Assembly (NCBI RefSeq): GCF_009914755.1
Contig: NC_060932.1
DNA from: the human T2T-CHM13v2.0 reference genome, Homo sapiens
DNA length: 64,000 nt
Strand: one strand, 5' to 3'
Shown in pieces: positions 39,601 to 52,800 of the stretch (the first letter of the stretch is position 1; the number at the start of each line of letters is the position of its first letter). The notes under the pieces are model-generated. The model made no database searches and had not been told where the DNA came from. It was given only the letters and a program-made list of their open reading frames with translations. The position numbers and the translations under genes were made by a program.

Positions 39601-40109
39601 CTAAGAAACATCTTAGGGATGTTTACATTCAAGTCACAGAGTTGAACATTCCCTTTCACAGAGCAGGTTTGAAACAATCTTCTCGTACTATCTGGAAGTG
39701 GACATTTTGAGCTCCTTGGGGCCTATGCTGAAAAAGGAAATATCTTCCGACAAAAACTAGACAGAAGCATTCGCAGAATCACGTTTGTGATGTGTGCACT
39801 CAACTGTCAGAATTGAACCTTGGTTTGGACAGAGCACTTTTGAAACACTCTTTTTGTAGAATCTGCAGGTGGATATTTGGCTAGCTTTGAGGATTTCGTT
39901 GGAAACGGTAATGTCTTCAAAGAAAATCTACACAGAAGCATTCTCAGAAACACCTTCGTGATGTTTGCAATCAAGTCACAGAGTTGAACCTTCCGTTTCA
40001 TAGAGCAGGTTGGAAACACTCTTTTTGTAGTATCTGGAAGTGGACATTTGGAGGGCTTTGTAGCCTATGTGGAAAAAGGAAATATCTTCCCATGAATGCG
40101 AGATAGAAG
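33655..40109 (+). repeat. HOR block 8-8-7-8-7
   Basis: Anchors at 33756, 35112, 36468, 37661, 39017 and 40211 (spacings 1356, 1356, 1193, 1356, 1194). Confidence 0.93.
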
Positions 40110-43100
40110 TAATCTCAGAAACATGTTTATGCTGTATCTACTCAACTAACTGTGCTGAACATTTCTATTGATAGAGCAGTTTTGAGACACTCTTCTTTTG
40201 GAATCTGCAAGTGGATATTTGGATAGATTTGAGGATTTCGTTGGAAACGGGATTATATATAAAAAGTAGACAGCAGCATTCTCAGAAACTTCTTTGTGAT
40301 GTTTGCATCCAGCTCTCAGAGTTGAACATTCCCTTTCATAGAGTAGGTTTGAAACCCTCTTTTTATAGTGTCTGGAAGCGGGCATTTGGAGCGCTTTCAG
40401 GCCTATGCTTAAAATAGGAAATATCTACCTACAGAAACTAGACAGAAGCATTCTGAGAATCACGTTTGTGATGTGGGTACTCAACTAACAGTGTTGATCC
40501 ATTCTTTTGATACAGCAGTTTTGAACCACACTTTTTGTAGAATCTGCAAGAGGATATTTGGATAGCTGTGAGGATTTCGTTGGAAACGGGAATGTCTTCA
40601 AAGAAAATCTAGACAGAAGCATTCTCAGAAACACCTTCGTGATGTTTGCAATCAAGTCACAGAGTTGAACCTTCCGTTTCATAGAGCAGGTTGGAAACAC
40701 TCTTATTGTAGTATCTGGAAGTGGACATTTGGAGCGCTTTCAGGCCTATGGTGAAAAAGGAAATATCTTCCCATAAAAACGACATAGAAGCTATCTCAGG
40801 AACTTGTTTATGATGCATCTAACCAACTAACAGTGTTGAACCTTTGTACTGACAGAGCAGTTTGAAACACTCTTTTTTTGGAATCTGCAAGTGGATATTT
40901 GGATCGCTTTGAGGATTTCGTTGGAAACGGGATGCAATATAAAACGTACACAGCAGCATACTCAGAAAATACTTTGCCATATTTCCATTCAATTCACAGA
41001 GTGGAACATTCCCATTCATAGAGCAGGTTGGAAACACTCTTTTTGGAGTATCTGGAAGTGGACATTTGGAGCGCTTTCTGAACTATGGTGAAAAAGGAAA
41101 TATCTTCCAATGAAAACAAGACAGAAGCATTCTGAGAAACTTATTTGTGATGTGTGTCCTCAACAAACGGACTTGAACCTTTCGTTTCATGCAGTACTTC
41201 TGGAACACTCTTTTTGAAGATTCTGCATGCGGATATTTGGATAGCTTTGAGAATTTCGTTGGAAACGGGCTTACATGTAAAAATTAGACAGCAGCATTCT
41301 CAGAAACTTCTTTGTGGTGTCTGCATTCAAGTCACAGAATTGAACTTCCCCTCACATAGAGCAGTTGTGCAGCACTCTATTTGTAGTATCTGGAAGTGGA
41401 CATTTGGAGGGCTTTGTAGCCTATCTGGAAAAAGGAAATATCTTCCCATGAATGCGAGATAGAAGTAATCTCAGAAACATGTTTATGCTGTATCTACTCA
41501 ACTAACTGTGCTGAACATTTCTATTGATAGAGCAGTTTTGAGACACTCTTCTTTTGGAATCTGCAAGTGGATATTTGGATAGATTTGAGGATTTCGTTGG
41601 AAACGGGATTATATATAAAAAGTAGACAGCAGCATTCTCAGAAACTTCTTTGTGATGTTTGCATCCAGCTCTCAGAGTTGAACATTCCCTTTCATAGAGT
41701 AGGTTTGAAACCCTCTTTTTATAGTGTCTGGAAGCGGGCATTTGGAGCGCTTTCAGGCCTATGCTTAAAATAGGAAATATCTACCTACAGAAACTAGACA
41801 GAAGCATTCTGAGAATCACGTTTGTGATGTGGGTACTCAACTAACAGTGTTGATCCATTCTTTTGATACAGCAGTTTTGAACCACACTTTTTGTAGAATC
41901 TGCAAGAGGATATTTGGATAGCTGTGAGGATTTCGTTGGAAACGGGAATGTCTTCAAAGAAAATCTAGACAGAAGCATTCTCAGAAACACCTTCGTGATG
42001 TTTGCAATCAAGTCACAAAGTTGAACCTTCCGTTTCATAGAGCAGGTTGGAAACACTCTTATTGTAGTATCTGGATGTGGACATTTGGAGCGCTTTCAGG
42101 CCTATGGTGAAAAAGGAAATATCTTCCCATAAAAACGACATAGAAGCTATCTCAGGAACTTGTTTATGATGCATCTAATCAACTAACAGTGTTGAACCTT
42201 TGTACTGACAGAGCAGTTTGAAACACTCTTTTTTTGGAATCTGCAAGTGGATATTTGGATCGCTTTGAGGATTTCGTTGGAAACGGGATGCAATATAAAA
42301 CGTACACAGCAGCATACTCAGAAAATACTTTGCCATATTTCCATTCAAGTCAGAGAGTGGAACATTCCCATTCATAGAGCAGGTTTGAAACACTCTTTTT
42401 GGAGTATCTGGAAGTGGACATTTGGAGCGCTTTCTGAACTATGGTGAAAAAGGAAATATCTTCCAATGAAAACAAGACAGAAGCATTCTGAGAAACTTAT
42501 TTGTGATGTGTGTCCTCAACAAACGGACTTGAACCTTTCGTTTCATGCAGTACTTCTGGAACACTCTTTTTGAAGATTCTGCATGCGGATATTTGGATAG
42601 CTTTGAGGATTTCGTTGGAAACGGGCTTACATGTAAAAATTAGACAGCAGCATTCTCAGAAACTTCTTTGTGGTGTCTGCATTCAAGTCACAGAATTTAA
42701 CTTCCCCTCACATAGAGCAGTTGTGCAGCACTCTATTTGTAGTATCTGGAAGTGGACATTTGGAGGGCTTTGTAGCCTATCTGGAAAAAGGAAATATCTT
42801 CCCATGAATGCGAGATAGAAGTAATCTCAGAAACATGTTTATGCTGTATCTACTCAACTAACTGTGCTGAACATTTCTATTGATAGAGCAGTTTTGAGAC
42901 ACTCTTCTTTTGGAATCTGCAAGTGGATATTTGGATAGATTTGAGGATTTCGTTGGAAACGGGATTATATATAAAAAGTAGACAGCAGCATTCTCAGAAA
43001 CTTCTTTGTGATGTTTGCATCCAGCTCTCAGAGTTGAACATTCCCTTTCATAGAGTAGGTTTGAAACCCTCTTTTTATAGTGTCTGGAAGCGGGCATTTG

Positions 43101-46100
43101 GAGCGCTTTCAGGCCTATGCTTAAAATAGGAAATATCTACCTACAGAAACTAGACAGAAGCATTCTGAGAATCACGTTTGTGATGTGGGTACTCAACTAA
43201 CAGTGTTGATCCATTCTTTTGATACAGCAGTTTTGAACCACACTTTTTGTAGAATCTGCAAGAGGATATTTGGATAGCTGTGAGGATTTCGTTGGAAACG
43301 GGAATGTCTTCAAAGAAAATCTAGACAGAAGCATTCTCAGAAACACCTTCGTGATGTTTGCAATCAAGTCACAGAGTTGAACCTTCCGTTTCATAGAGCA
43401 GGTTGGAAACACTCTTATTGTAGTATCTGGAAGTGGACATTTGGAGCGCTTTCAGGCCTATGGTGAAAAAGGAAATATCTTCCCATAAAAACGACATAGA
43501 AGCTATCTCAGGAACTTGTTTATGATGCATCTAATCAACTAACAGTGTTGAACCTTTGTACTGACAGAGCAGTTTGAAACACTTTTTTTTTGGAATCTGC
43601 AAGTGGATATTTGGATCGCTTTGAGGATTTCGTTGGAAACGGGATGCAATATAAAACGTACACAGCAGCATACTCAGAAAATACTTTGCCATATTTCCAT
43701 TCAAGTCACAGAGTGGAACATTCCCATTCATAGAGCAGGTTGGAAACACTCTTTTTGGAGTATCTGGAAGTGGACATTTGGAGCGCTTTCTGAACTATGG
43801 TGAAAAAGGAAATATCTTCCAATGAAAACAAGACAGAAGCATTCTGAGAAACTTATTTGTGATGTGTGTCCTCAACAAACGGACTTGAACCTTTCGTTTC
43901 ATGCAGTACTTCTGGAACACTCTTTTTGAAGATTCTGCATGCGGATATTTGGATAGCTTTGAGGATTTCGTTGGAAACGGGCTTACATGTAAAAATTAGA
44001 CGGCAGCATTCTCAGAAACTTCTTTGTGGTGTCTGCATTCAAGTCACAGAATTGAACTTCCCCTCACATAGAGCAGTTGTGCAGCACTCTATTTGTAGTA
44101 TCTGGAAGTGGACATTTGGAGGGCTTTGTAGCCTATCTGGAAAAAGGAAATATCTTCCCATGAATGCGAGATAGAAGTAATCTCAGAAACATGTTTATGC
44201 TGTATCTACTCAACTAACTGTGCTGAACATTTCTATTGATAGAGCAGTTTTGAGACACTCTTCTTTTGGAATCTGCAAGTGGATATTTGGATAGATTTGA
44301 GGATTTCGTTGGAAACGGGATTATATATCAAAAGTAGACAGCAGCATTCTCAGAAACTTCTTTGTGATGTTTGCATCCAGCTCTCAGAGTTGAACATTCC
44401 CTTTCATAGAGTAGGTTTGAAACCCTCTTTTTATAGTGTCTGCAAGCGGGCATTTGGAGCGCTTTCAGGCCTATGCTTAAAATAGGAAATATCTACCTAC
44501 AGAAACTAGACAGAAGCATTCTGAGAATCACGTTTGTGATGTGGGTACTCAACTAACAGTGTTGATCCATTCTTTTGATACAGCAGTTTTGAACCACACT
44601 TTTTGTAGAATCTGCAAGAGGATATTTGGATAGCTGTGAGGATTTCGTTGGAAACGGGAATGTCTTCAAAGAAAATCTAGACAGAAGCATTCTCAGAAAC
44701 ACCTTCGTGATGTTTGCAATCAAGTCACAGAGTTGAACCTTCCGTTTCATAGAGCAGGTTGGAAACACTCTTATTGTAGTATCTGGAAGTGGACATTTGG
44801 AGCGCTTTCAGGCCTATGGTGAAAAAGGAAATATCTTCCCATAAAAACGACATAGAAGCTATCTCAGGAACTTTTTTATGATGCATCTAATCAACTAACA
44901 GTGTTGAACCTTTGTACTGACAGAGCAGTTTGAAACACTCTTTTTTTGGAATCTGCAAGTGGATATTTGGATCGCTTTGAGGATTTCGTTGGAAACGGGA
45001 TGCAATATAAAACGTACACAGCAGCATACTCAGAAAATACTTTGCCATATTTCCATTCAAGTCACAGAGTGGAACATTCCCATTCATAGAGCAGGTTGGA
45101 AACACTCTTTTTGGAGTATCTGGAAGTGGACATTTGGAGCGCTTTCTGAACTATGGTGAAAAAGGAAATATCTTCCAATGAAAACAAGACAGAAGCATTC
45201 TGAGAAACTTATTTGTGATGTGTGTCCTCAACAAACGGACTTGAACCTTTCGTTTCATGCAGTACTTCTGGAACACTCTTTTTGAAGATTCTGCATGCGG
45301 ATATTTGGATAGCTTTGAGGATTTCGTTGGAAACGGGCTTACATGTAAAAATTAGACAGCAGCATTCTCAGAAACTTCTTTGTGGTGTCTGCATTCAAGT
45401 CACAGAATTGAACTTCCCCTCACATAGAGCAGTTGTGCAGCACTCTATTTGTAGTATCTGGAAGTGGACATTTGGAGGGCTTTGTAGCCTATCTGGAAAA
45501 AGGAAATATCTTCCCATGAATGCGAGATAGAAGTAATCTCAGAAACATGTTTATGCTGTATCTACTCAACTAACTGTGCTGAACATTTCTATTGATAGAG
45601 CAGTTTTGAGACACTCTTCTTTTGGAATCTGCAAGTGGATATTTGGATAGATTTGAGGATTTCGTTGGAAACGGGATTATATATCAAAAGTAGACAGCAG
45701 CATTCTCAGAAACTTCTTTGTGATGTTTGCATCCAGCTCTCAGAGTTGAACATTCCCTTTCATAGAGTAGGTTTGAAACCCTCTTTTTATAGTGTCTGCA
45801 AGCGGGCATTTGGAGCGCTTTCAGGCCTATGCTTAAAATAGGAAATATCTACCTACAGAAACTAGACAGAAGCATTCTGAGAATCACGTTTGTGATGTGG
45901 GTACTCAACTAACAGTGTTGATCCATTCTTTTGATACAGCAGTTTTGAACCACACTTTTTGTAGAATCTGCAAGAGGATATTTGGATAGCTGTGAGGATT
46001 TCGTTGGAAACGGGAATGTCTTCAAAGAAAATCTAGACAGAAGCATTCTCAGAAACACCTTCGTGATGTTTGCAATCAAGTCACAGAGTTGAACCTTCCG

Positions 46101-46889
46101 TTTCATAGAGCAGGTTGGAAACACTCTTATTGTAGTATCTGGAAGTGGACATTTGGAGCGCTTTCAGGCCTATGGTGAAAAAGGAAATATCTTCCCATAA
46201 AAACGACATAGAAGCTATCTCAGGAACTTGTTTATGATGCATCTAATCAACTAACAGTGTTGAACCTTTGTACTGACAGAGCAGTTTGAAACACTCTTTT
46301 TTTGGAATCTGCAAGTGGATATTTGGATCGCTTTGAGGATTTCGTTGGAAACGGGATGCAATATAAAACGTACACAGCAGCATACTCAGAAAATACTTTG
46401 CCATATTTCCATTCAAGTCACAGAGTGGAACATTCCCATTCATAGAGCAGGTTGGAAACACTCTTTTTGGAGTATCTGGAAGTGGACATTTGGAGCGCTT
46501 TCTGAACTATGGTGAAAAAGGAAATATCTTCCAATGAAAACAAGACAGAAGCATTCTGAGAAACTTATTTGTGATGTGTGTCCTCAACAAACGGACTTGA
46601 ACCTTTCGTTTCATGCAGTACTTCTGGAACACTCTTTTTGAAGATTCTGCATGCGGATATTTGGATAGCTTTGAGGATTTCGTTGGAAACGGGCTTACAT
46701 GTAAAAATTAGACAGCAGCATTCTCAGAAACTTCTTTGTGGTGTCTGCATTCAAGTCACAGAATTTAACTTCCCCTCACATAGAGCAGTTGTGCAGCACT
46801 CTATTTGTAGTATCTGGAAGTGGACATTTGGAGGGCTTTGTAGCCTATCTGGAAAAAGGAAATATCTTCCCATGAATGCGAGATAGAAG
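40110..46889 (+). repeat. Five tandem 8-mer HORs (longest pure run in the window)
   Basis: Anchors at 40211, 41567, 42923, 44279, 45635 and 46991, spacing 1356. Confidence 0.95.
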
Positions 46890-49800
46890 TAATCTCAGAA
46901 ACATGTTTATGCTGTATCTACTCAACTAACTGTGCTGAACATTTCTATTGATAGAGCAGTTTTGAGACACTCTTCTTTTGGAATCTGCAAGTGGATATTT
47001 GGATAGATTTGAGGATTTCGTTGGAAACGGGATTATATATAAAAAGTAGACAGCAGCATTCTCAGAAACTTCTTTGTGATGTTTGCATCCAGCTCTCAGA
47101 GTTGAACATTCCCTTTCATAGAGTAGGTTTGAAACCCTCTTTTTATAGTGTCTGGAAGCGGGCATTTGGAGCGCTTTCAGGCCTATGCTGAAAAAGGAAA
47201 TATCTACCTATAGAAACTAGACAGAAGCATTCTGAGAATCACGTTTGTGATGTGGGTACTCAACTAACAGTGTTGATCCATTCTTTTGATACAGCAGTTT
47301 TGAACCACACTTTTTGTAGAATCTGCAAGTGGATATTTGGATAGCTGTGAGGATTTCGTTGGAAACGGGAATGTCTTCATAGAAAATTTAGACAGAAGCA
47401 TTCTCAGAACCTTGATTGTGATGTGTGTTCTCCACTAACAGAGTTGAACCTTTCTTTTGACAGAACTGTTCTGAAACATTCTTTTTATAGAATCTGGAAG
47501 TGGATATTTGGAAAGCTTTGAGGATTTCGTTGGAAACGGGAATATCTTCAAATCAAATCTAGCCAGAAGCATTCTAAGAAACATCTTAGGGATGTTTACA
47601 TTCAAGTCACAGAGTTGAACATTCCCTTTCACAGAGCAGGTTTGAAACAATCTTCTCGTACTATCTGGCAGTGGACATTTTGAGCTCCTTGGGGCCTATG
47701 CTGAAAAAGGAAATATCTTCCGACAAAAACTAGACAGAAGCATTCGCAGAATCACGTTTGTGATGTGTGCACTCAACTGTCAGAATTGAACCTTGGTTTG
47801 GACAGAGCACTTTTGAAACACTCTTTTTGTAGAATCTGCAGGTGGATATTTGGCTAGCTTTGAGGATTTCGTTGGAAACGGTAATGTCTTCAAAGAAAAT
47901 CTAGACAGAAGCATTCTCAGAAACACCTTCGTGATGTTTGCAATCAAGTCACAGAGTTGAACCTTCCGTTTCATAGAGCAGGTTGGAAACACTCTTTTTG
48001 TAGTATCTGGAAGTGGACATTTGGAGGGCTTTGTAGCCTATCTGGAAAAAGGAAATATCTTCCCATGAATGCGAGATAGAAGTAATCTCAGAAACATGTT
48101 TATGCTGTATCTACTCAACTAACTGTGCTGAACATTTCTATTGATAGAGCAGTTTTGAGACACTCTTCTTTTGGAATCTGCAAGTGGATATTTGGATAGA
48201 TTTGAGGATTTCGTTGGAAACGGGATTATATATCAAAAGTAGACAGCAGCATTCTCAGAAACTTCTTTGTGATGTTTGCATCCAGCTCTCAGAGTTGAAC
48301 ATTCCCTTTCATAGAGTAGGTTTGAAACCCTCTTTTTATAGTGTCTGGAAGCGGGCATTTGGAGCGCTTTCAGGCCTATGCTTAAAATAGGAAATATCTA
48401 CCTACAGAAACTAGACAGAAGCATTCTGAGAATCACGTTTGTGATGTGGGTACTCAACTAACAGTGTTGATCCATTCTTTTGATACAGCAGTTTTGAACC
48501 ACACTTTTTGTAGAATCTGCAAGAGGATATTTGGATAGCTGTGAGGATTTCGTTGGAAACGGGAATGTCTTCAAAGAAAATCTAGACAGAAGCATTCTCA
48601 GAAACACCTTCGTGATGTTTTCAATCAAGTCACAGAGTTGAACCTTCCGTTTCATAGAGCAGGTTGGAAACACTCTTATTGTAGTATCTGGAAGTGGACA
48701 TTTGGAGCGCTTTCAGGCCTATGGTGAAAAAGGAAATATCTTCCCATAAAAACGACATAGAAGCTATCTCAGGAACTTTTTTATGATGCATCTAATCAAC
48801 TAACAGTGTTGAACCTTTGTACTGACAGAGCAGTTTGAAACACTCTTTTTTTGGAATCTGCAAGTGGATATTTGGATCGCTTTGAGGATTTCGTTGGAAA
48901 CGGGATGCAATATAAAACGTACACAGCAGCATACTCAGAAAATACTTTGCCATATTTCCATTCAAGTCACAGAGTGGAACATTCCCATTCATAGAGCAGG
49001 TTGGAAACACTCTTTTTGGAGTATCTGGAAGTGGACATTTGGAGCGCTTTCTGAACTATGGTGAAAAAGGAAATATCTTCCAATGAAAACAAGACAGAAG
49101 CATTCTGAGAAACTTATTTGTGATGTGTGTCCTCAACAAACGGACTTGAACCTTTCGTTTCATGCAGTACTTCTGGAACACTCTTTTTGAAGATTCTGCA
49201 TGCGGATATTTGGATAGCTTTGAGGATTTCGTTGGAAACGGTCTTACATGTAAAAATTAGACAGCAGCATTCTCAGAAACTTCTTTGTGAAGTCTGCATT
49301 CAAGTCACAGAATTTAACTTCCCCTCACATAGAGCAGTTGTGCAGCACTCTATTTGTAGTATCTGGAAGTGGACATTTGGAGGGCTTTGTAGCCTATCTG
49401 GAAAAAGGAAATATCTTCCCATGAATGCGAGATAGAAGTAATCTCAGAAACATGTTTATGCTGTATCTAATCAACTAACTGTGCTGAACATTTCTATTGA
49501 TAGAGCAGTTTTGAGACACTCTTCTTTTGGAATCTGCAAGTGGATATTTGGATAGATTTGAGGATTTCGTTGGAAACGGGATTATATATAAAAAGTAGAC
49601 AGCAGCATTCTCAGAAACTTCTTTGTGATGTTTGCATCCAGCTCTCAGAGTTGAACATTCCCTTTCATAGAGTAGGTTTGAAACCCTCTTTTTATAGTGT
49701 CTGGAAGCGGGCATTTGGAGCGCTTTCTGGCCTATGCTTAAAATAGGAAATATCTACCTACAGAAACTAGACAGAAGCATTCTGAGAATCACGTTTGTGA

Positions 49801-52800
49801 TGTGGGTACTCAACTAACAGTGTTGATCCATTCTTTTGATACAGCAGTTTTGAACCACACTTTTTGTAGAATCTGCAAGTGGATATTTGGATAGCTGTGA
49901 GGATTTCGTTGGAAACGGGAATGTCTTCATAGAAAATTTAGACAGAAGCATTCTCAGAACCTTGATTGTGATGTGTGTTCTCCACTAACAGAGTTGAACC
50001 TTTCTTTTGACAGAACTGTTCTGAAACATTCTTTTTATAGAATCTGGAAGTGGATATTTGGAAAGCTTTGAGGATTTCGTTGGAAACGGGAATATCTTCA
50101 AATCAAATCTAGCCAGAAGCATTCTAAGAAACATCTTAGGGATGTTTACATTCAAGTCACAGAGTTGAACATTCCCTTTCACAGAGCAGGTTTGAAACAA
50201 TCTTCTCGTACTATCTGGAAGTGGACATTTTGAGCTCCTTGGGGCCTATGCTGAAAAAGGAAATATCTTCCGACAAAAACTAGACAGAAGCATTCGCAGA
50301 ATCACGTTTGTGATGTGTGCACTCAACTGTCAGAATTGAACCTTGGTTTGGACAGAGCACTTTTGAAACACTCTTTTTGTAGAATCTGCAGGTGGATATT
50401 TGGCTAGCTTTGAGGATTTCGTTGGAAACGGTAATGTCTTCAAAGAAAATCTACACAGAAGCATTCTCAGAAACACCTTCGTGATGTTTGCAATCAAGTC
50501 ACAGAGTTGAACCTTCCGTTTCATAGAGCAGGTTGGAAACACTCTTTTTGTAGTATCTGGAAGTGGACATTTGGAGGGCTTTGTAGCCTTTCTGGAAAAA
50601 GGAAATATCTTCCCATGAATGCGAGATAGAAGTAATCTCAGAAACATGTTTATGCTGTATCTACTCAACTAACTGTGCTGAACATTTCTATTGATAGAGC
50701 AGTTTTGAGACACTCTTCTTTTGGAATCTGCAAGTGGATATTTGGATAGATTTGAGGATTTCGTTGGAAACGGGATTATATATAAAAAGTTGACAGCAGC
50801 ATTCTCAGAAACTTCTTTGTGATGTTTGCATCCAGCTCTCAGAGTTGAACATTCCCTTTCATAGAGTAGGTTTGAAACCCTCTTTTTATAGTGTCTGGAA
50901 GCGGGCATTTGGAGCGCTTTCAGGCCTATGCTTAAAATAGGAAATATCTACCTACAGAAACTAGACAGAAGCATTCTGAGAATCACGTTTGTGATGTGGG
51001 TACTCAACTAACAGTGTTGATCCATTCTTTTGATACAACAGTTTTGAACCACACTTTTTGTAGAATCTGCAAGAGGATATTTGGATAGCTGTGAGGATTT
51101 CGTTGGAAACGGGAATGTCTTCAAAGAAAATCTAGACAGAAGCATTCTCAGAAACACCTTCGTGATGTTTGCAATCAAGTCACAGAGTTGAACCTTCCGT
51201 TTCATAGAGCAGGTTGGAAACACTCTTATTGTAGTATCTGGAAGTGGACATTTGGAGCGCTTTCAGGCCTATGGTGAAAAAGGAAATATCTTCCCATAAA
51301 AACGACATAGAAGCTATCTCAGGAACTTGTTTATGATGCATCTAATCAACTAACAGTGTTGAACCTTTGTACTGACAGAGCAGTTTGAAACACTTTTTTT
51401 TTGGAATCTGCAAGTGGATATTTGGATCGCTTTGAGGATTTCGTTGGAAACGGGATGCAATATAAAACGTACACAGCAGCATACTCAGAAAATACTTTGC
51501 CATATTTCCATTCAAGTCACAGAGTGGAACATTCCCATTCATAGAGCAGGTTGGAAACACTCTTTTTGGAGTATCTGGAAGTGGACATTTGGAGCGCTTT
51601 CTGAACTATGGTGAAAAAGGAAATATCTTCCAATGAAAACAAGACAGAAGCATTCTGAGAAACTTATTTGTGATGTGTGTCCTCAACAAACGGACTTGAA
51701 CCTTTCGTTTCATGCAGTACTTCTGGAACACTCTTTTTGAAGATTCTGCATGCGGATATTTGGATAGCTTTGAGGATTTCGTTGGAAACGGGCTTATATG
51801 TAAAAATTAGACAGCAGCATTCTCAGAAACTTCTTTGTGGTGTCTGCATTCAAGTCACAGAATTGAACTTCCCCTCACATAGAGCAGTTGTGCAGCACTC
51901 TATTTGTAGTATCTGGAAGTGGACATTTGGAGGGCTTTGTAGCCTATCTGGAAAAAGGAAATATCTTCCCATGAATGCGAGATAGAAGTAATCTCAGAAA
52001 CATGTTTATGCTGTATCTACTCAACTAACTGTGCTGAACATTTCTATTGATAGAGCAGTTTTGAGACACTCTTCTTTTGGAATCTGCAAGTGGATATTTG
52101 GATAGATTTGAGGATTTCGTTGGAAACGGGATTATATATAAAAAGTAGACAGCAGCATTCTCAGAAACTTCTTTGTGATGTTTGCATCCAGCTCTCAGAG
52201 TTGAACATTCCCTTTCATAGAGTAGGTTTGAAACCCTCTTTTTATAGTGTCTGGAAGCGGGCATTTGGAGCGCTTTCAGGCCTATGCTTAAAATAGGAAA
52301 TATCTACCTACAGAAACTAGACAGAAGCATTCTGAGAATCACGTTTGTGATGTGGGTACTCAACTAACAGTGTTGATCCATTCTTTTGATACAGCAGTTT
52401 TGAACCACACTTTTTGTAGAATCTGCAAGAGGATATTTGGATAGCTGTGAGGATTTCGTTGGAAACGGGAATGTCTTCAAAGAAAATCTAGACAGAAGCA
52501 TTCTCAGAAACACCTTCGTGATGTTTGCAATCAAGTCACAGAGTTGAACCTTCCGTTTCATAGAGCAGGTTGGAAACACTCTTATTGTAGTATCTGGAAG
52601 TGGACATTTGGAGCGCTTTCAGGCCTATGGTGAAAAAGGAAATATCTTCCCATAAAAACGACATAGAAGCTATCTCAGGAACTTGTTTATGATGCATCTA
52701 ATCAACTAACAGTGTTGAACCTTTGTACTGACAGAGCAGTTTGAAACACTCTTTTTTTGGAATCTGCAAGTGGATATTTGGATCGCTTTGAGGATTTCGT

